Notes: a model not told the origin generated them from the letters alone. Numbered from the whole stretch's first letter, positions 22,215 to 35,479 are shown. The stretch: 63,765 bases of DNA, filler included, from Octopus bimaculoides (GCF_001194135.2; 5 parts of 5 records of this genome joined end to end with filler, not necessarily neighbours in it), one strand, 5' to 3'. Numbers and translations are program-made.

Positions 22215-22552
22215 TAATAAAATGATACAAATTGCAAATGGTATATGGGATTGTTTGCAACATAAGTATTTAGCTAAGTAGTCGTGAGGCTTTTAATTAA
22301 CAAAATTATAAAATTATGTGTATGTAGCATATGTTCCTATTTCTTATAGATTTATATGAAATTATATATGCATAGACACAAACACAAATTCATATATGAC
22401 ACAAAAAATTGTGTTATATACATATTGTTTATACATATACACTTTATATACATATGTACTACACACATGTGGATATGCATGCAAACACACACACCCACAC
22501 CCACACCCACACACCCCACACACACACATATATATATATTTGTGTGTGTATA

Positions 22553-22655
22553 TACTCTTTTACTTGTCTCAGTCATTTGAGTGCGGCCATGCTGGAGCAC
22601 CGTCTTTAATCGATCAAATCGACCTCGGGACTTATTCTTTGTAAGCCTAGTACTT
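22553..22655 (-). mobile_element. Family B SINE 3' fragment
   Basis: TACTCTTTTACTTGTCTCAGTCATTTGAGTGCGGCCATGCTGGAGCACC. Confidence 0.9.
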
Positions 22656-22769
22656 AATATATATATATATATATATATATATANNNNNNNNNNNNNNNNN
22701 NNNNNNNNNNNNNNNNNNNNNNNNNNNNNNNNNNNNNNNNNNNNNNNNNNNNNNNNNNNNNNNNNNNNT

Positions 22770-23835
22770 ATATATTAACAAACTAGGGAAAATAATACCT
22801 ACAAAGGGGTGTGTGAAATATCCAATTTACTGGTACGTCAGTTGAATATCATATAAATATTGGTATAATGCAAATTACAGAGATAAAATTAAATAGAGAG
22901 ATACAGTTGACAATCTAATAATTTGTTTATATTATCTACTGGGAAATTCTGTGTGTGGGTGTTCTTGTGAAGTTGTTAACTAACTCCTCCTACATCGTTT
23001 TATAGATTTTGATGAAACTTGACACGTGAGTAGAACTCATGTCTGGAAACCTCATGGCATACTCCGATTGTTGAAAAACCTATAATAGGGCCCCAGGATC
23101 CTTGTATATATCTAATATATTTTATTTTAAAAACAAAGAGAAATAACCCATTCGACCCTGGAAGGGATCTTTATATATAGCCAAGGGAAATAACCCATTC
23201 ATTTTCCTAAATTATTTGGTAAAAAGGAAATTGATTATGCTTATTTCTTAGTATTTGAACAGTTAGAGTTATTTCGCAATTTATCCAGTACAACGCTTAA
23301 ACAAGTAAATAATATTTTCCTAAACAATAGATCCACTTATTTTGGTTAGTGACTTATTCACAAATATACCAACACTAGCGCCCCTGAGGGTAATATTCTC
23401 TGGGAACGCACAAAAGCCCTTTTCAGAGTTATTTACTTTGAATTGTTATTATCTCATATCTGATTTGCCTGTAATTACGTAACATGCTTCACGATTTTAG
23501 TATACATACCTTATTAGCATTTCCTCCTATGTTCTATATACTCTGGGAACGCATTACAGCCCTTTTCGAGGCTACTTTATTTGAATTCTTCCTATCGGGT
23601 AACTAATTTCATGTTATTACAAAACTGATTTCACAATTTGGGTATTCATAACTTATTGGGAATTCCTAAAAACAAGATCCTGTGCAAGACAGCTCGGTAT
23701 TCTCTGTAAATGCACAAAAACCGCTTTAAGGGCTACATACTTTGCATTGTTGTTATTGGATTAGCGAAACAATTATGAGAACGGAACCAAGGGAATAGTC
23801 TTGCTTTCCCGGGAATTACCGGGTACGTAAGCTAG
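22770..23835 (+). mobile_element. Non-autonomous Helitron-like element
   Basis: 3' end has GC hairpin CCCGG-GAATTA-CCGGG (23808-23823), 8 nt, then CTAG|T (23832-23836); three internal ~145-160-bp subrepeats starting CTCTG(G/T)(G/A)AA(C/T)GCA at ~23398, 23541, 23701; 5' TC not visible (gap). Confidence 0.7.
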
Positions 23836-23839
23836 TAAT

Positions 23840-24375
23840 ATAATATAGCATAATATACTATGAATATAGTATAACATAATATAAGATAACATAAACAATT
23901 ATTAAAACATCAAAAGGCCAACAATTTGTTTCGACTTATATACATTTTTTGATATATAAATAATTCCCTTATATATAAGCCTTATCAGAGCCAGAGTTTA
24001 AAGATGGACGAAATTCTGTGTGAAAGGACGGCTGGATTGTAAAAAATTAATTCAAATGCGTATGTATTATGAGCGTGAGCGCTCACTATTCAATTACATA
24101 TCAATTACAATTAAAAAACAAAACAATTTAACGGACAAAATAATTAAGTAGGTGTAATCTACAACAATTTAGAAAATTGTTAGTGATTTAATTTAGAATT
24201 TGATTCCTTTTATGCTATTCTTGTTGAGTAGTATTGTAGTATTCTTAAGGGTTGTATTGTAGTTGTTCGTCGATAATAATATCGATCACTTCGACCATTA
24301 TAAGCAAACCATTTCTGCAGATCGCTCGGCAAAAAGTTTAGCACTCATACGTCATCTTCGACGGGAGGTTCTACA
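23840..24375 (-). mobile_element. PLE-type 3' end / pLTR remnant with hammerhead
   Basis: AT-rich tail containing HHR at 23915-23992; no diagnostic coding motif. Confidence 0.45.
23915..23992 (-). ncRNA. Degenerate type-I hammerhead, long stem II
   Basis: GGCT-CTGATAA-GGCTTATATA...TATATAAGTC-GAA-ACAA(A)TTGT-T-GGCC; all three stems pair; G8 altered. Confidence 0.6.
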
Positions 24376-24379
24376 ATCA

Positions 24380-26210
24380 TCATCATCGTCATCATCATCA
24401 TCATCATCATCATTGTTATTATTATTATTGTTCAGTAGTTTTATTTTCATAACGTGCTTTCACTTCACTACCGAGCGCAGCTCTGTGTGCCTTGGGTATG
24501 TGCTGTGGTTTGCTGTGATGTTACTGTATTGAAAGTGTTTTACGTAGGATGTGTCCAGTGCCAAGTAGTGCTATTTTCTGTATGTTATATATGCGTGATA
24601 GTCCTGATGTTTTTGTTATGTATTTGTCTGAATATTTTTTTATTATACCTAAGGCACCTACTATGATAGGAATTGTTTCTGTTTTTAGATTCTACATTCG
24701 AGTTACCTCTATTTCCAGGTTTTTGTATTTTGAAAGTTTCTCCATTTCTTTTAGGGAAACGTTGTCATCTGCTGGTATTGATGCATCAATTAGAAATCAT
24801 TTTTTTTCTTCATGATCTTTGACAACTATATCTGGTCTATTTTCCTTAATTTCTCTATCTGTGTGTATTGGCATATCCCAGAGTATGGTTGCTTTCTCGT
24901 TTTCTGTGACCTTTTCTGGCAATTCCCCAATTCTTGATCTTGTGCAGCTACTAACAAACTTTATGTCTCCCTTTTCAGCCTTACTTTCTGTAACCATAAC
25001 CACTACAACTATTTCCTGTAATTATCTTTGCGAATCTACCATGCAAAGCCTTCTCCTGCTAGTCAGATAATCTTTCTTCTTTTTTCTGGTTTTGAATTTC
25101 ATTTGGCTTTTTGGTTTCCTAATGCCCTACTGTGACTCTAACAGCCCTTAATAAACTGTCTTCCCTATTACCCACAGAGGAATCTATATCCACGCAGTCT
25201 TCTACTGATAATAACCCTCTTCCACCTGCCTTTCTAGGTAATATAATCTTGCTTCTCCTGATCTGGAGGGAATTCTTCCATTCATGTTGACTACTTTCCT
25301 AGTTCTTCTGTCTAAATTTACTAGTTCAGATTTTGCTGAGTCTGCAAAAGCTGCTGAGTATCTAAGTAATAATAATGCCCAAGTATATACAACCTTCACT
25401 AGATTCGGAGCATTTAGCTTTAACTTCATTAGCTTCCTCACACTGATGTATTTCTTCTCAATTTTTGTTTTTATTTCTGTAGTTAGTACTCTGTCACTCC
25501 TAGATACTTATAACTTCCTCCTTCTTTCACTGATTTTAATGTCTGGCCATCTGGTAATTGGATGCCTTCATTGCTGACTACCTATCCCTTTTTCATGGCT
25601 AGGATTGCACACTTACCTATGCCAAATTTTATGCTGAAAAGTCTTACAGTTTGTATTAAGGAATCTATTCTTTATTCTTACTAAAAAGTTTCATGTCATC
25701 CATGTGGAGCAAATGGTTAATTTTTCCTTTTTTATCTCGAAATTGATGCGCTGCCTTTGCCTTTCTTAAAACTAACCTGAGGGAGAGTAACATAACACAA
25801 ATATTAAAAGGGATAACGATTCTCCTTGAAAAATTCCTCTCTTGATATTAACTTTCCTTAAGGCTGTGTCATCGGAGTAGACTGCTACTTTCCATTTCTT
25901 TTTGATATGTCTGATTAACTCTCTTTTGTTGTCTGCAATACTGCATATACTCAAACATTCACTTATCCATCAATGTGGAATCATGGCATATGCATTCTTG
26001 TAAACTATCCATGCTATAGTTAAATTTTTCTTTCTAGATTTTACTTCTTTTGGGACTGCTTTGCAGCCTTTCTATTCTTCTGGCAGCAATTCTTGTCTGC
26101 CCAGGTGCTCATAAATGCTTTCTGAGCATTCTTGTCAACAGCTTCCACAAGTAATTGGTCTATAATTGCTATCTATATTGACCTTACTTTTGTCTTTCAT
26201 GAGGAGTACT

Positions 26211-26248
<38 letters not shown>

Positions 26249-27560
26249 GTCATCCAATCTGGTATTACTCCTCCATTCAAGCAATACTGAAGTTGTTATC
26301 TCAACATCCCATGTAAACTACTAAATTTCTTTAACCAGCAACCCTGAACTCAATCTGGTCCTGGCCTCTTCCAATTCGGCGATTTTCTTAACACTTTACT
26401 CATTGATGCACTAGTTAGTTTTAGATCAGGCTGCTTCTCACGTACTACTTCTTCCTTTACTTTCCTTAACCCTATTGCATCTCCACTATGATTGACTGGC
26501 TTATCCCAGATATTACTCCAGAACTTTCTAGCTTCTGCATTAGGTTTCTCATCTTCAGTACGTTTTTCTACACTATTTATTTGCCTATAAAATTTCATCT
26601 GATCTGTTTCAAACAATCCGTTCTGTTGTTACTGATCTATTCTTTTCTGATAACTGGAAATCTTACCTTCAATGGCTATGATACATTGTTTCAACTCTTT
26701 CATCACTATCCCAGGTCCTTTCTTTTTGACTAAGTATTTTTCTCAAGAGAAGATTTAAATCTTGTGTTTCTTACCTTGTTCAGTTTCAAGGTTTCTATCT
26801 TGTCTTAAAGTCTTCACTTTATTTTGTAATCACCTTTTCCACATTTGCTCTTTCCTAGTTTTTCCTTGAGGAATACCTAATCTTCTAGTAACTACTAACC
26901 TGCATAGATCAAAAATTTAATTTCACCTCTATTCATTATTTGTCATATGGACAACAGAATCTACTTCTATTGGCACCTTTTAACGCAGGTAATCTTTTTC
27001 TTTCTTCTTTACTCATTACTTCCTGCAACTCATCAAAAATCTTCAGATCTTCCTCACTTAAGTCGGTTAAGTCACTGGTGCCATTTGTCCCTTCTTGATC
27101 GGTAATGCTATTATCATTTTTCCCTTAAATTCTTCTTTGGTCTGAAGTGCATCTGTTATGTTGTTGTTTGGCTTTTCTATTGTTTGGTTTTTCTCTTCAA
27201 GTTCTCTTCCAAATCCAATTCTATCACCCCACTTTCTTCTGATAGCATTAGCCTGATCAACCAATCTCTGTTCAGTCATTTTAAGCATACCCTTCTCTAC
27301 CCAAATTGTTAGCATTTGTTTTCTATAACTCCTTTTTTAGGTTCAGTTTCTAGGTAGCACTGCATCACTATCTATTTTCTTTGCTAGTCCGTATCAATAT
27401 CGCTTGTTAATTGTCATCACTTTTCTGGTTTTCCTGTCCATTTCCTCAAGCTCGTTATTTGTCCACCTAACAACACCTGCATTATATCACATTAAGGAAA
27501 CATCTCATCTGTTCATTGCCCACATCATGTTTTTCCCCTATTGAGCCTACTTCCCATAAT
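24380..27560 (-). mobile_element. R4/Dong-clade RLE non-LTR retrotransposon, near full length, decayed
   Basis: N-term SYRKQMLTIWVEKG..EQRLVDQ; FWSNIW; PNWKRPGPD; NYRPITC; RGIFQGESLS; HMDDMKLF; ELVNLDRRTRK; endonuclease ILWDMPIHTDREIKENRPDIVV; (TAA/TGA)n 3' tail. Confidence 0.9.
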
Positions 27561-27872
27561 AAATTTGTTGTTGTTGGTGGTGGTGGTGGTGGTGGTGGTG
27601 GTATTATTATTATTAATATATAAAGGAGTGAGGTAACTCCTCCAGAAGATATAGAGTCAAAATTAAAAAAGAGTGCCATTGTCATCTAGTGAACGTTATT
27701 TCGACATCTTGTGTGTCTTCAACAGGTTCAAAAAATTATTTTGTCAATCTACTTCATTTGGTTAACTAAAATGAAGTAGATTGACAAAATGATTTTTTGA
27801 ACGTGTAGAAGACACACAAGATGTCGTAATATCGTTCACTAGATGACAATGGCACTCTTCTTTTAGTTTTGA

Positions 27873-27903
<31 letters not shown>

Positions 27904-27904
27904 G

Positions 27905-28429
27905 AGTGAGTGAGAGAGAGCAGTGAATGCCATCAAAGTGACACTGGGGTACAAATATACGAAGCCCAATATACCCACCATGACTATTCGTCTGATAAGT
28001 GTATACCAGACACATGCATCACAATCATATGCGCACGAAATGGTGATCTCATATCAAGATAAACAAAGCATGACGTTGCAGGTGTGGGTCAGTTAGAATT
28101 TTCTTCAGATCGGGTTGCCCATCCAACTCAAAAGGTCCCTGAATAAGTCCTTGAATTTGCTTAAGGATGTTGAACAAGACATTTTGCCAAAGGTTAATTA
28201 TTCAAATCCCACTGCTTCTGCTCGTGATCAGAGATGCACATATTGTCAGCCACTAAAATACATGCTCAACTGGTTAAGGTCAAACAACTGACAAGCAAAT
28301 CTGTGGTATTAAGCAGAATATTTTCTGTCGCCCGTCTTTTATACCAAGACAAAACAACGTACATGATAACACTTTCAATCAGTTAAGATCAGAAGGCATG
28401 AGAGCCAGTGCCTGGAACTGCAACAGGGC

Positions 28430-28430
<1 letters not shown>
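27905..28430 (-). mobile_element. Unclassified ~520-bp non-coding repeat bounded by (TAA)n
   Basis: Second, inverted partial copy at ~61375-61670; both ends abut (ATT)n. Confidence 0.7.
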
Positions 28431-28978
<548 letters not shown>

Positions 28979-28994
28979 ACATCATCATCACCAT

Positions 28995-29400
28995 CATTGC
29001 CTTTGCACACCTTCTAACGCTGGAGATGTATTAGAGTTTCAGCTGTTCACTACCAGTGAAGGTAACACCTTTTATTTTTCGAGCACCCTCCGGGGTATTC
29101 GAGCAGTTTCAGGCAGTACTGTTTTCTGCAAGTGCTCCACCCTTATTGCATCCCCTATTTGTTCCACGTTCTTCTCGAGATTTTTGCTCACTGTTCTCAG
29201 GGCTCCGACAATTATTGGTACTACTGCTACCTTTTTCATCGACCACAACTTCTTAACGTGCCAAGCTAACCTGTTATATCTCTCATCTTTTCTTTCTTCC
29301 TTATCGCATACCTTGTTGTCAGCTGGGCATACTATATCTATGATCCAGCATAGTTTGTTTTCTTTCTGAATTAAGACTATGTCTGGCATAATAAGCCAGA
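28995..29400 (-). mobile_element. 5'-truncated R4/Dong-like LINE, second subfamily
   Basis: PDIVLIQKENKLCWIIDIVCPAD..KEERK..Y..L..PIIVGAL..LQKTVL (PD..D..K RLE domain). Confidence 0.88.
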
Positions 29401-29501
29401 CATATTGTTATAATTATTATTATTGTTATTTATATTTTCATTATTATTATTATCATTATTATTATTATCATTATTATTATCATTATTACTAGTACTACTA
29501 C

Positions 29502-29562
<61 letters not shown>

Positions 29563-29599
29563 TAAAAACAAAAACAAGAGCGTGACTGTTACTGGTAAT

Positions 29600-32300
29600 A
29601 AACAGAGATTCACTCTGTTTATTAAAATGAAAATGAAATGAATGAACAATATTTCGAAAATCCGTGTGTCTTTTACATGTTCAAACTATAAAATGAAATT
29701 AAATTCAAAGTTAGCAAACGCTGAAACATTCAAAATTAAACCGGAATAACTGCGTTTCTTTCCAAGTAAAGCGACGTCACCAGTCTTCGGGCTTTCACAA
29801 AAGGTAGCAGAAGGAAGGAAAGGAAGAAAAACAAAAAGAAAGAAAAGAATTGAAGAAAAAATTGTTCACTCAAAATTTTAATATAAATATGGTGGAATTC
29901 ACCTGACATTTTATTAATTCCTCCAGGCTGAGATTTTAACAGCTCACAAATATATCGCCATGGGTTTTGAGGACGGAAAGTGCAGTGGAGTGAGAATATT
30001 GTTAGAGAATGAGCACCTTCAGGTCTTCCTCAAATTTATACCCGTTTGATGTGAAATGCTTCGCAAGTTCCGTGGATCGACTGTTATTGTGCCTGACGTC
30101 GTACCTATGCCCGTTAAATCTTTTTTCTAATCGTTCTGTTATGCAACCAACATAAATCATTTTGTGTTTAATGCATTCCACTGCATATACCAAATGGGAA
30201 TCCTTACAGGTCCCTCCTTCTGTATAAATCATAACATTTCTGTAATAATTCTTGCTGGAATTGGTAAGATTCATGTTATTGCACAACGAACAGTGCTTAC
30301 CTCTCTCATGGGTGTTTTGGGTGGTACAGCGTTCAGAATCTCCAATGGAGTTTTTATTAAAGGTACTGGTCAATATTTCTCTAATATTTCTTTTACGTCT
30401 AAAGGCTACAATAGGCAGAAAAGGAAATATTTGTCGGAAATGAGGATATTTTTCTGAAACATGCTGGTAACTGTCATACAACACTTTTGAAATGCCAGCG
30501 AAACTTCGGTGCCAGTTAATCACTAAAGGAATTCGGCCATAAGCTCTTTTCTGACTACTAAAATTAGGCGTGAAAGGTTGATTATTACTACTAATTTCAG
30601 CTATGTAATTCGCGATTTCCTTTGATCCTGATTCATTATAATCGCGCTTTACATAAAAGGCGCACAAAAGTATTTGCAATATTTCCCAATGTCTTATCCT
30701 CAAAAACTAGGATTTCGGATGTGAATTTTGGACATAAAGCCATAGTCTTCTGCGAAGCAGTTTCAGAAATGTAAAAATTTGACTAAACTATCCTGTTTTC
30801 CTTCCCAGACAAAAGAAAGACGTCATCAATGAACTGTAAGCAGAGTATAGGTTCATGATCAGGCAGAGATTTGAATGTCACCCTTAATTGCGTTTCAAAT
30901 TTTATCATGAAAGCATTTGCGAAATTAACTGCTATAGGTGTACCCATGGCGCATCCCTACATCTGATAGAAACATTTTTTCTCCAAACTTCATTGTGTTC
31001 CTTTGTAAGCACAAATTTTAATAATTTACAGAGAAACTTTGAGGGAATACTTTCCTTTGACGGTTTTTCAAAGGCTTTCATGCATGCTTCCACCCCCTCA
31101 TCGTGATCGATGTTGGGGTATAAGGAAGAAACATCCATGGTTACCAAAAAAACAAAAACGGTCTTTAACATTACTTCGGTGTTTAGAAAATTTGTTAAAT
31201 TTGGAAACAAAATCAAAAGTTTCCCGAATGTAGGAACTTGATCTTTTAGCTACCGAGAACAGAAATCCATCCAGCCATTCCGAAATTTTAGCAGCGCATT
31301 CATACCCACTGCAAATTGGGCGCAATTGAGGAAAGTTTTCGAATTTGTTATGTATTTTTGGAAGACCGTAAAATACAGGTGTTCTTTCTGAATGTAATAG
31401 CTTAGATTCCGTGTCATTTATGAAATTCTTTTCCTACATTTCCAAAATTATTTTATCAAGTTCCTCTTTGTAATTGAGGTTTGGATCTACATGTAGTTCT
31501 TCATAAGTTTTGTCACTTAAAACTTCTTCACTAGCTGAAATGTACTCGTTCTTGTCCATAATTACAATATCGCCTCCTTTATCCACCATTTTTATGACAA
31601 TAGAATCATTGTTTGCTAGGCGACGGAGTGTGCTACGCTGGGAATCCGTAAGGTTTACCAGCTCATTTTCCTACAGGTTTTAAGGCTTTCTCTAATTCCT
31701 GTCTGACAAGATTCGAGAAATTTCAAAAGTGCTTGTGAACGTTCGGATACCTATTTGGATTCTTTAAAATCCAATTATGCCAGATCCGATCATCATCATT
31801 TCTTTCAACAAACATGGGGTTTTCTGACTCCCTGTTACCAATTCTTTCAAAAAAATGTTCTTGAAGCTTGTGACGGCGGACAAACTGATATATTCCTTGT
31901 GTTCATTTATGTTTGCCAAAAGTTTTAGTGCTTGGGCAGAAACTAAGTCCAAGTTCTAAGACAGAGATATCGTCTGGTGTAAGTTTTAACTTTGATAATT
32001 TTTTTACCGTCTTATTTTCTAACATGGTTGATTTTCTCGGTCTAGAGTTTTCCTCAGCATTACTTGCATCAGATTTTTTACTCACTTTTTGGGGGCTTTG
32101 ATGGAAATCGTCACTTAAAATATGGAATCTGTTAGGTGTCAGAAATGCTGTTGATAATCCTGTTAAGGGTCATATAGGTTTGTAATTTTGTGGATGTGTG
32201 ATTTCATTGGATTTGACAGTTAAAATTATTTTCCTTTCGCTATGTCTAGGGAGAGTCATTACGCCAAAATTAATAACACACGCACTTGTCGCGTGCATAT
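29600..32300 (-). mobile_element. Penelope-like retroelement (RT + GIY-YIG), near full length, frameshifted
   Basis: KLSKLKLTPDDISVLELGLSFCP; FYGLPKIH..LRPIC; MDVSSLYPNID; GCAMGT..NFANAFM; FIDD; Cys linker HCSLC; VYAVEC..IYVG..RFNGH; YICELLKSQPGGINK. Confidence 0.92.
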
Positions 32301-32399
32301 ATGTATGTGTGTATATGTATATTTATGTCTTGCATATATATATGCCTGTATATGTATGTAATTATGTGTATGCATCTCTGTATTTTGATGTATATATGT

Positions 32400-32854
32400 A
32401 TATAATTCGAGTATATACTGTTGTAAAATATTTATGTAATGCAGCGTGAAAATTTCAATTTTAATTTTAATGTATTAATTGACTTATATTTTGTATACAA
32501 TTATTTACAATATGTATTTTGAATCCACTCTTCGATTTAAGGTTTTCTTCGATTTTACAATAGGATGAATTTATATTGAATTCATTTATTTTGTTCTTTG
32601 CATGCTTAAAACCGTTAATTGAAAGGACCAATGAAACAAATCCATTTTAAAGGTGTATCCTTCTACTAGTTCTGATTATTTCTGTTCCATTTTAACAAAA
32701 CTGTCCGACGAACGGGAACGTGAAACTCTGAGTAACAGCTTTTGCTATATTTCTGTTGCTTTTAAATAAAGTATATTACTCTACCTCTGATATTTGAGTA
32801 CTCTTTTTTCCACCTTGTTTCAAACACCTTGTTTCACATTTATGTGCTTGCTCC

Positions 32855-32870
<16 letters not shown>
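32400..32870 (+). mobile_element. PLE-type pLTR of a different family, ending in (TA)n
   Basis: AT-rich body, HHR at 32701, AAATAAA, ends CTCCGG(TA)n; not visibly similar to the 3' end of the adjacent PLE. Confidence 0.6.
32697..32743 (+). ncRNA. Near-canonical minimal type-I hammerhead ribozyme
   Basis: CTGT-CCGACGA-ACG(GGAA)CGT-GAA-ACTC(T)GAGT-A-ACAG; only deviation U4C; predicted GUA cleavage after 32734. Confidence 0.8.
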
Positions 32871-32887
<17 letters not shown>

Positions 32888-32987
32888 NNNNNNNNNNNNN
32901 NNNNNNNNNNNNNNNNNNNNNNNNNNNNNNNTTAATTAATTAANNNNNNNNNNNNNNNNNNNNNNNNNNNNNNNNNNNNNNNNNNNN

Positions 32988-32988
<1 letters not shown>

Positions 32989-33082
<94 letters not shown>

Positions 33083-33140
33083 TAGATATAGATATAGATA
33101 TAGATATAGATATAAATATAGATATAGATATAGATATATA
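32989..33140. repeat. (GATA)n / (GATATA)n microsatellite
   Basis: Direct reading. Confidence 0.95.
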
Positions 33141-33144
33141 TGTA

Positions 33145-33250
33145 TGCAAAATGCTTAGCGATATTTCGTCCTTCTCTGAGCACTGGGCGACAATTGAATA
33201 AACTTGAGACTACCCCCAAAATGCTGCTGGCATTCTGCCAAAATTTGAAG
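33145..33250 (+). mobile_element. Internally deleted family A SINE fragment
   Basis: AAATGCTTAGCGATATTTCGTC ... CCCCCAAAATGCTGCTGGCATTCTGCCAAAATTTGAA. Confidence 0.55.
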
Positions 33251-34058
33251 TTGATATTCTGATTTGCGATATGTAAAAGGAAAGAAAATACAATCCGAGG
33301 TTCCATATTACATATTAAGTTTTGTACTCCACTTTGTACATGTTCCGAATGGTTCTGTATGAAGTACTTTCATATCATGTGTACGCAGGGGTTAATCTGC
33401 AAAGATTATGTTTTGAAAATAAGATTATTAACTGACGTTAACAAGTAATTACGTATGGAAACACATAAATGCAGATATGCAATAGCATTTATGCGTTTAC
33501 GTTGATAACACCTTTTCTTTTAATGTCTATCTCATTATTCATATGTGTGTGTGTGCATTATTTATGCATATATACATATGTAAGTTTATGTATGTATAAA
33601 TATNNNNNNNNNNTGTATGTATGTATACTTTATTTGAGTATTAAATCTACCATTGGTTTTATTTTAAGATAATATTTTAACATCTTAACAATTTTTCATG
33701 CCGACCAATCGGAGGAACGGTGTTTGTTTCCATTTTGAATTAAAACAAAAAATAAAGAATTTTTATTCACCAATGTGGTGTTGACCATTCAATCTTATTT
33801 TTCGGTATTTACTTACATTTATTTATATATATAATAAACAGAAATATTACTATTTCTAAATCTCTCAACGCGAAGCACTCGGGAACAGTCCTTTAAAGTA
33901 AAGACTATTTGCCAACATAACGTGGCAGTTTCGGTCGGGACGAACCCTTATGTTGATTAGCCGGAGGAAACACCGCCTCCAGCTTGCTATGCGACATAAC
34001 ATCTGTCTCCGCAAATATCGCTTTTTTCTGAGTGGAGATGCTAGATCTCTTGTTCGAG

Positions 34059-34065
34059 TATATAA
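34059..34065 (+). promoter_or_regulatory. Possible TATA box (TATATAA) downstream of a CpG-rich unique island
   Basis: GTATATAAGGAC following the CpG-rich tract 33865-34055. Confidence 0.3.
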
Positions 34066-35020
34066 GGACACAAATTTTGTGTCATATAGCCAGCTGGAGA
34101 CGAGTTTCCATGTATCATGTACACATAACAGCTTCGAACGAATAGACAATAGAAACATTATGTAGAATCAATACAGAAGAGTTCTAGTTTAGCTTCTTAA
34201 CATTTTTTTGCGTTATTCTTCTATTAAATAACCAGCAAACTGTTTAGTTGAATACCTTACAAAATGTGTGTGTGTGTGTGTGTGTTTCCTGATAAAATGC
34301 AAAACAAAAATGTATTTTGTCTGCATAATTATAGAAAATACAGTGCCATGTAAACCAATTGAGCTACTAGTTATTGCAGTTAAGATAAAACAATTGTATA
34401 ATCACGTATTAAGTAACAAAAGCTTCTTCAGATTACAACAATTGGAACAGATTTTCGCTATATGAAAAACAGTTCGAGAAACTTTTTGAATCACTGCAAT
34501 TATAATGAGGATAAAGAAAAAGAAAACAATCTTATTATGTTGTTTTTCCTAATCCATATTCTTGCGCCGAACAATTCAATAATGGTCGAACGATATTTCA
34601 GGAGCCAATGATGGCTGTAGCGGGGGAAAAATACTTCTACATAAAGACGAGCAGATGTAAATGCTAACATATGCTATATTTAAGTTCCTTGAATAATTCA
34701 TGTTTGTTTTTTTGTTGTTCCTTTTTTTTTACATAAACTGGAACATAATTCCTGGCTTTAGCATAAAACACATGCATGAAATAACATTTGGGAATACATC
34801 TGACATAAGGTGCATATAGGAAATAACTCTATTACCAAGGAATATAGATTTCGCTTATATAATTATTTTCCTAATATTTAAAAATGTTGTTTGTCAGAAT
34901 ATAACCTGGAAACCGATATAGTTATATGACTATATTGTATAAGATGAAAGCGCCTATGTATAATTAAGTAAGATCTATGTTTTACATAAATTCGTCCCCA
35001 CATTTTCCATTCTGCGTTAG

Positions 35021-35130
35021 AATCCTGTTAAAATTATTGCGCCTCATATGCATCCTAGAGGAAATATCTGTAATGGTTGCCGAGACACATCAGAATTAAT
35101 CCACACTCTACTGCTTTAAAATTTAGGAGG
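35021..35130 (+). other. Candidate non-coding exon
   Basis: Acceptor TTTTCCATTCTGCGTTAG|, donor GG|GTAAGA; stops in all frames. Confidence 0.3.
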
Positions 35131-35360
35131 GTAAGACTAATAATTTAGTCCTAAATAAATAAAACTTAGGGTGGTCACGATAAGAGCGCGTTTCAACAAA
35201 GGTTTACTCGACATGAAAAGATTATGTGACTCAACAACAATACGGTGTTGATCTGGAACTGGTAGATTAGTAGCTTTTGACCAGTTGGTACATAGTTGAT
35301 GCCTATGTTGTAATCATACTCATCTCTCAATCTCTTTCTGCCGCTTTCTCTCTACCTTAG

Positions 35361-35479
35361 AATTTACGTAGATTTCTTTGTAAATGTTTAACGAGGTGTA
35401 CCACCTATCTGGTGCAACTGGAGGACATTTTGTTTCACTTATGTGCAGATGCCAAATGTTGCCAAGATTTCAATGAATG
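35361..35479 (+). other. Candidate exon with open Cys-rich frame
   Basis: Strong acceptor CTTTCTCTCTACCTTAG|, donor TG|GTAATA; frame 0 NLRRFLCKCLTRC...LCADAKCCQDFNE. Confidence 0.3.

Noticed and set aside
29745-29790. CTGGTGA...GAAAC at the 3' end of the main PLE
   Set aside because: Position fits a pLTR hammerhead, but stems I and II cannot be paired convincingly; left unclaimed
34600-34670. Short frame ending ..GCSGEKYFYIKTSRCKC*
   Set aside because: Upstream in-frame stop and weak acceptor; CxC endings arise easily in TG-rich DNA
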